NCBI GenBank assembly: GCA_021323595.1 | Contig: JAJPKR010000028.1 | Location: forward strand, 3,762-67,761 | Direction: 5' to 3' | Origin: Terriglobia bacterium | GTDB taxonomy: Bacteria; Acidobacteriota; Terriglobia; Terriglobales; SCQP01 | DNA length: 64,000 nucleotides | Part shown: piece after piece, positions 59,891 through 64,000 of the stretch | How the letters are laid out: each line of letters begins with the position of its first letter | Position numbering within the stretch: the first letter of the stretch is position 1 | Notes under the pieces: generated by a model | Databases searched by the model: none | Seen by the model: only the letters and a program-made list of their open reading frames with translations | What the model was told of the DNA's origin: nothing | Program-made: the position numbers and the translations under genes

Positions 59891-60007
59891 GCTTCGATGC
59901 CTCCGCGTGCTCCCATCATAGCGCGGGGTTGCGGCCGCCGCGCGGCGGCGTGCGCCGCGCAACGCCCGCCCTCCCTTACGCATCTCGCCCAGGAACGGAG
60001 AGTCCCC

Positions 60008-60517
60008 ATGCCCTCAGCCGAGCAAGAGCGCTACGTACTTCACCTGAATCATGCCCTGGCGATGGAAAGCGCGTTAGTGGACCATCTCGCCAAACGCGCC
60101 GCCGAGATCAGCGACCCCAAGATCAAGCAGCGCATCGAGCAGCACCAAAGCGAAACCATGGCGCACCGCGACACCGTCCGCGGCCTGATCGAAGCGCTGC
60201 ACAGCCAGCCCACCAGCGGCAAGGCGACGGTGCAGCCGCCCATCAGCCCCGGCTTGATCGGCGCCGTCAAAACCGCGCTCGAAGGCGAGAAGGAAGACAG
60301 GGCGCTCTCCCACGCCCTGGCCGACTATTCCGTCGAGCACTTCGAGGCCGGCTTGTACGCCGCCCTGGCGCAAATCGCTCGCAACCTCGGCTATTCCGAC
60401 CACGCGCAGCAATTCGAGCGCATTCGCCGCCAGGAACAGGACATGGCGGAATTCCTGGCCGGTTGCGCCCCCGAGATCGTGGACGAAGCCTTTCCACCCA
60501 CGCGGCGGGCGGCCTGA
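60008..60517 (+). CDS. Ferritin-like four-helix protein, DUF892 (YciE/YciF-like) family
   Basis: Internal ATG of ORF 59726..60517, preceded by GGAGAG. LNHALAMESALVDHL...IEQHQSETMAHRDTV...DYSVEHFEAGLYAAL...EQDMAEFL shows the helix pattern and E/H ligand-like positions of DUF892. Confidence 0.7.
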   Translation: MPSAEQERYVLHLNHALAMESALVDHLAKRAAEISDPKIKQRIEQHQSETMAHRDTVRGLIEALHSQPTSGKATVQPPISPGLIGAVKTALEGEKEDRALSHALADYSVEHFEAGLYAALAQIARNLGYSDHAQQFERIRRQEQDMAEFLAGCAPEIVDEAFPPTRRAA

Positions 60518-60614
60518 GCGCGTCTCCCGCCCGCCGGTGTCCCGCGTCCCGCGTCCGGCCCTTGGCCGGAATCGCCGGGGATGAGCCGCCGCCGCGGCGA
60601 GCCTCGCGGCTCGC

Positions 60615-61916
60615 CTAATCCGTGATTCGCGCCAAGGTGGAATAGAACTCCGGGTACGAAATCGCCGCGCAGTCGGCGCCGGCGATCTCGACCGGCCCAT
60701 CGGCAACCAAACCGGCAATGGCGAAGGCCATCGCGATCCGGTGGTCGCCGCGGCTATCGACGGCGGCGGCGTGGAGCTGCTGCGGGCCGGGCACGATCAA
60801 GCCGTCGGGCCGCTCTTCGCAGCGGGCGCCCATCCGCCGGAGATTTTCGGCGATGGCGGCGATCCGGTCGCTCTCCTTCACGCGCAATTCGGCGGCATCG
60901 GCGACGTGCAGGCCTCCTTCGCAGGCGGTCGCCAGCACGGCGAGCACGGGGATTTCGTCAATCAGCGCGACCGTCTCCGCGCCCGCGATGCTGGTGCCTT
61001 GCAGGCGTCCGCGGGCCGGGCCGGCGGCGCTCAGCGTGCCCACCAGCTCGCCCGCCGTCTCTGCGATCTCGACAATGCCGATGCGCGCGCCCATGCGCCG
61101 CAGCACATCCAGCAGGACGGCGCGGCGCGGATTCACGCTCACCCCTTGGATCACCAGCGTGGCTTCGGGAAACATCGCCGCCGCGCAGAGGAAGAAGGCC
61201 GCCGAGCTGGGATCGCCCGGGATAGTCAGATCCACCGGGCGCAGCTCGCCGGGGGCGGCGGCCAGTTCGACCCGGCCGCGCTGCACCGAGATTCTGGCGC
61301 CGCATTGTCGCAGCGCGATCTCGGTGTGATCGCGCGTCGGTTGCGGCTCGATCACCGCGGTCGCCCCCCGGGCGAAAAGCCCGGCGAACAGCACCGCGGT
61401 CTTGACTTGCGCGCTGGCCACCGGCAACCGGTATTCGATGCCGCTCAGCCCGGAAGGCGCCGGCGCGAAGCGCAGCGGCGGCAGGCCGCCTTCGGCTGCG
61501 GCGATCGCCGCGCCCATCTGCTGCAGCGGCTCGACGACGCGCCGCATCGGCCGCCGCGAGAGGGAGGCGTCGCCGCCGATTTCGCTGGCGAACGGTTGGC
61601 CGGCCAAAATCCCCGCCAGCATGCGGATGGTCGAGCCGGAATTGCCGGCGTCGAGCGGCGCCGCCGGCGGGCGCAGGCCGCGCAGCCCGGCGCCCTCGAT
61701 CTCGACCACGTCGTCGCGGCGCTCGATCTTCGCGCCCAGGGCCGCCATGCACGCCAGCGTCGAAGCGCAGTCGGCGCCCGTGGAATAGTTGGCCAGGTGC
61801 GACCTTCCCGACGCCAAGGCGCCCAGCATGCCATAGCGGTGGGAGATGGATTTATCGCCCGGCGGCCGCACGGCGCCGCTGAGATTGCACGCCGGGCGAA
61901 TGACTTGCGTGGACAT
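60615..61916 (-). CDS. aroA: 3-phosphoshikimate 1-carboxyvinyltransferase (EPSP synthase)
   Basis: MSTQVIRPACNLSGAVRPPGDKSISHRYGMLGALASG matches the class II EPSPS N-terminus. Also DAGNSGSTIRML, RPMRRV, LRVKESDRIAA, DHRIAMAF. Start set at ATG 61914-61916, because the longer ORF (to 61979) would overlap RNase P RNA. Confidence 0.93.
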   Translation of the reverse strand: MSTQVIRPACNLSGAVRPPGDKSISHRYGMLGALASGRSHLANYSTGADCASTLACMAALGAKIERRDDVVEIEGAGLRGLRPPAAPLDAGNSGSTIRMLAGILAGQPFASEIGGDASLSRRPMRRVVEPLQQMGAAIAAAEGGLPPLRFAPAPSGLSGIEYRLPVASAQVKTAVLFAGLFARGATAVIEPQPTRDHTEIALRQCGARISVQRGRVELAAAPGELRPVDLTIPGDPSSAAFFLCAAAMFPEATLVIQGVSVNPRRAVLLDVLRRMGARIGIVEIAETAGELVGTLSAAGPARGRLQGTSIAGAETVALIDEIPVLAVLATACEGGLHVADAAELRVKESDRIAAIAENLRRMGARCEERPDGLIVPGPQQLHAAAVDSRGDHRIAMAFAIAGLVADGPVEIAGADCAAISYPEFYSTLARITD

Positions 61917-61927
61917 GAACGAGGGTT

Positions 61928-62346
61928 CCAGGCGGGCTGTAAGCCGGATTCTGTGCCCCGTCCGAAGGCGGGGCGGCAATCATTCCTCTCGAACGGCCAT
62001 TACTGGCCGCCTCTAGCGACCTACCCGAGGGTTGTGGCGGACCGGGCCAGCCCGCGCACCCGCCTCGCGGCGAGCGCTCCCCTCCTATTTGGTCTTGCTC
62101 CGCGTGGGGTTTTCCCTGCCTCGCGCCGTCGCCGGCGGAGCGGTGCGCTCTTACCGCACCTTTTCACCCTTACCGCGCCCGTTTCCGAGCGCGGCGGTAT
62201 GTTCTCTGTGGCACTGTCCGTGACGCGGCTATTTGGAGCCGCACCCCTGGCCGTTAGCCAGCACGCCGCCCTGCGGAGTCCGGACTTTCCTCTGCCCCCG
62301 ACCGCGCTCGCGCGCTTCCGGCGACAGCGATTGCCCGCCCGCCTGG
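61928..62346 (-). ncRNA. rnpB: RNase P RNA, bacterial type A
   Basis: Minus strand reads CCAGGCGGGC...GGCAGAGGAAAGTCCGGACTCC...CGGTAAGGGTGAAAAGGTGCGGTAAGAGCGCACC...GAGCAAGACCAAATAGG...GGCACAGAATCCGGCTTACAGCCCGCCTGG. These are the universally conserved RNase P blocks in the E. coli order, and the P1 helix is closed by CCAGGCGGGC / GCCCGCCTGG. Confidence 0.92.
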
Positions 62347-62356
62347 ACCAAATTCA

Positions 62357-62362
62357 ATTATA
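62357..62362 (-). promoter_or_regulatory. Candidate -10 box of the rnpB promoter
   Basis: A perfect TATAAT on the minus strand, 10 nt upstream of the 5-prime strand of P1. No convincing -35 box seen. Confidence 0.45.
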
Positions 62363-62475
62363 GGCGCGGCGGAAGGGGGCGCCGGCAACGCGCGCGTGGC
62401 CTTAAGCCGGCGCGTGGCGCGTTGCCGCGAAGGGCAGCGTGTGGTACAAAGTCGGAGCCGGTTGCGGGAGGGGAA

Positions 62476-64000
62476 ATGGGCCTTTACGCGCTCGTGCTTT
62501 TCGCCGCCGCCATCATATTGGCGATCGTCGCGTTGTCGAGGAGCGCGGGGGCCGAGCGCAGGTGGGAACAGTCGCGGCAGCAGCTTTCCCACCGGATCTA
62601 CGACCTCGAGTCTCGCCTGCTGAAACTGGAGCGCCAACAAGCGGCGCCCATCCGAGAAGCAACGCCGGTGCCGGCCGCGGCACCGGCGGCGGCGGCGACG
62701 GCGGCACCCAAGGCGGCGACCTCGTTGCCACCGGCAACCGGGCCGGCACCGCGCGCGGAAGCGCCAGCCATGCCACACGACGGCGATGCGAAGATAGGCG
62801 CGGAAGCGCTGTTCGCAGGGCGATGGTTGAATTACATCGGCCTGCTGGCGCTGGCTGTGGCGGCAGCGTTCTTTTTGAAATACGCCTTCGACAACGGCTG
62901 GATCGGACCGGCGGGGCGAGTAGGCATCGGGCTGGCAATTGGCGGCGCGCTGTATCCGCTCAGCCATCGTGTTTTGCGGCGCGGACTGGCGGTTTTTTCC
63001 GAGGGGCTGGTCGGGCTCGGCGCCGCGATCCTCTTTCTGAGCATTTGGGCCGGTTGGCATTACTACCTGCTCTTTCCGCAACCCGCCCCGTTCGCGATGA
63101 TGGTGGGCGTCACGGTGGCTACCGCGATCATCGCCGCCGGACGGCGCAGCCAGCGCATCGCGGTGCTGGCGGCTGTCGGCGGGGCGCTGACGCCGGCGCT
63201 GGTCTCGACCGGCGCCAATGCGGAGCTGGCGCTCTTCGCCTACCTGACGGCGTTGGCGGCTGGGTTTCTGGCGCTGGCATGGAAATACGATTGGCGAGGT
63301 CTCGCGCCGCTGCTCTTCGCGGCGGCGCAACTCTATTTTTGGGGCTGGTTCATTGCGTTTTATCGCCAAGACGAGATGGCGGCGACGCTGGCTTTCGCTA
63401 CCGTCTTCTTCGTGCTCTTCGCGGCGCGCAGCGTGCTGCGGCGGAGCCGCGATCTGGAGCGCGAGGAGATCGCATTGGCGCTGGCCAACGCCGGCCTATA
63501 TTTCGCCGCCTTGATGAGCATGCTTTGGGTACGGGACCGCTGGGGGTTGACTCTGGCGGTTTTGGCGTTGGCCGCGGCGCATTGGAGGGCTATGCGGGCG
63601 CTGGGCGCAGAGCGGCAGGCCAAGGCACGGATGTTGCATGCGTGTCTGGCGCTGGCCTGGGCGACTCTGGCGGTACCGATCCGGCTGACGGGAAAGTGGA
63701 TCGCGATTGCCTGGGCGATCGAGGGGGTCGGATTGATCGCGGCGGGGACCGAGCGCAGCCGCAGAGCGCTGGCGAGCCTGGGGCTTGGCCTGCTAGCTTT
63801 GGTTGGATTGGAACTATGCCTGGTTCCCTTCCACGCCGGCCCGGCTTTCCTCTGGAATGAGCGCTTCTTGACGCTGGCGTTTTGCAGCGCGTGCTTTGCG
63901 ACCGCCGCCCTTATCGGGACTCGCGCGGATTTGCGAATCGGGCTGGAACAGCGGCAGTTATTTCCGGGTCTCTACGTCGCCGCCAACATCTGCCTTCTCA
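62476..64000 (+). CDS. DUF2339-type polytopic membrane protein (partial: runs off the window end)
   Basis: Own translation from ATG 62476 (RBS GGGAGGGG): MGLYALVLFAAAIILAIVAL, coiled-coil IYDLESRLLKLERQQ, a Pro/Ala linker, then FFLKYAFDNGWIGPAGRVGIGLAIGG and more than 10 further TM helices. There is no stop before 64000, so it is absent from the ORF track. Track ORF 62439..63860 is a different, Arg-rich frame. Confidence 0.7.
   Translation, partial: MGLYALVLFAAAIILAIVALSRSAGAERRWEQSRQQLSHRIYDLESRLLKLERQQAAPIREATPVPAAAPAAAATAAPKAATSLPPATGPAPRAEAPAMPHDGDAKIGAEALFAGRWLNYIGLLALAVAAAFFLKYAFDNGWIGPAGRVGIGLAIGGALYPLSHRVLRRGLAVFSEGLVGLGAAILFLSIWAGWHYYLLFPQPAPFAMMVGVTVATAIIAAGRRSQRIAVLAAVGGALTPALVSTGANAELALFAYLTALAAGFLALAWKYDWRGLAPLLFAAAQLYFWGWFIAFYRQDEMAATLAFATVFFVLFAARSVLRRSRDLEREEIALALANAGLYFAALMSMLWVRDRWGLTLAVLALAAAHWRAMRALGAERQAKARMLHACLALAWATLAVPIRLTGKWIAIAWAIEGVGLIAAGTERSRRALASLGLGLLALVGLELCLVPFHAGPAFLWNERFLTLAFCSACFATAALIGTRADLRIGLEQRQLFPGLYVAANICLL

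Noticed and set aside
60596-60615. Hairpin GGCGAGCC-TCGC-GGCTCGCC between DUF892 and aroA, considered as a bidirectional terminator.
   Set aside because: The stem abuts the aroA stop codon (60615-60617) and lacks a U-tract on either strand. It is plausible but too weak to annotate.
61917-61979. Longer aroA start (TTG at 61979).
   Set aside because: It would overlap the 3-prime 52 nt of RNase P RNA, whereas ATG 61916 gives the canonical EPSPS N-terminal spacing before the PGDKSISHR motif.
62439-63860. 473-aa plus-strand ORF from the track.
   Set aside because: It is a different frame from the DUF2339-like membrane protein, which starts at 62476 with a good RBS. Its product is Arg/Gly-rich with no hydrophobic helices.

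Overview
This is a very GC-rich (roughly 68-70 % by eye) bacterial chromosomal segment. The gene content points to Acidobacteriota or a similar soil lineage: a 1200-aa CarboxypepD_reg-type TonB-dependent receptor, a CRTAC1/ASPIC-UnbV FG-GAP protein, a 1000-aa BNR/sortilin protein, many TPR proteins and Tat-leader sugar enzymes. I call about 48 protein genes, tRNA-Glu(UUC), RNase P RNA and a few regulatory motifs. The window falls into eight blocks. (i) A Pho regulon cluster, pstC-pstA-phoR-pstB-phoU, with the kinase embedded in the transporter operon. It is divergent from porin-pstS, with two Pho-box-like direct-repeat sites in between. (ii) Mixed genes: an orphan ABC ATPase, a serine hydrolase, maltokinase, an OYE reductase, an amidase preceded by a Tat-leader small subunit, a BNR protein and ruvC. 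(iii) A two-gene bacterial-microcompartment (BMC) locus: a BMC-H shell protein plus an acylating aldehyde dehydrogenase with a long C-terminal extension carrying an encapsulation-peptide-like helix. (iv) tRNA-Glu followed by a lower-GC islet with an integrase N-terminal remnant. (v) An operon of four consecutive Tat-leader proteins (two xylose-isomerase-like TIM barrels, a Gfo/Idh/MocA oxidoreductase, CRTAC1) flanked by TPR proteins. (vi) A TonB receptor / DeoR / PfkB kinase / SIS / D-aminoacylase cluster. (vii) A ~15 kb co-directional envelope array: wza, a PCP with a degenerate kinase domain, two ~1260-1290-aa TPR/DUF3857-like/transglutaminase-fold paralogues (one with an intact Cys-His-Asp core, one Cys->Ser and His->Tyr), a lower-GC beta-propeller lipoprotein with two small OM barrels, and rmlD. 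(viii) aroA abutting rnpB, stress-type small proteins and a DUF2339 protein. The best candidates for an undescribed system are (vii) and the minimal BMC locus (iii). I saw no CRISPR array, rRNA, transposase or intact prophage. All function calls come from motif recognition by eye and no searches were run. Hand-refined coordinates may be off by 1-3 nt.
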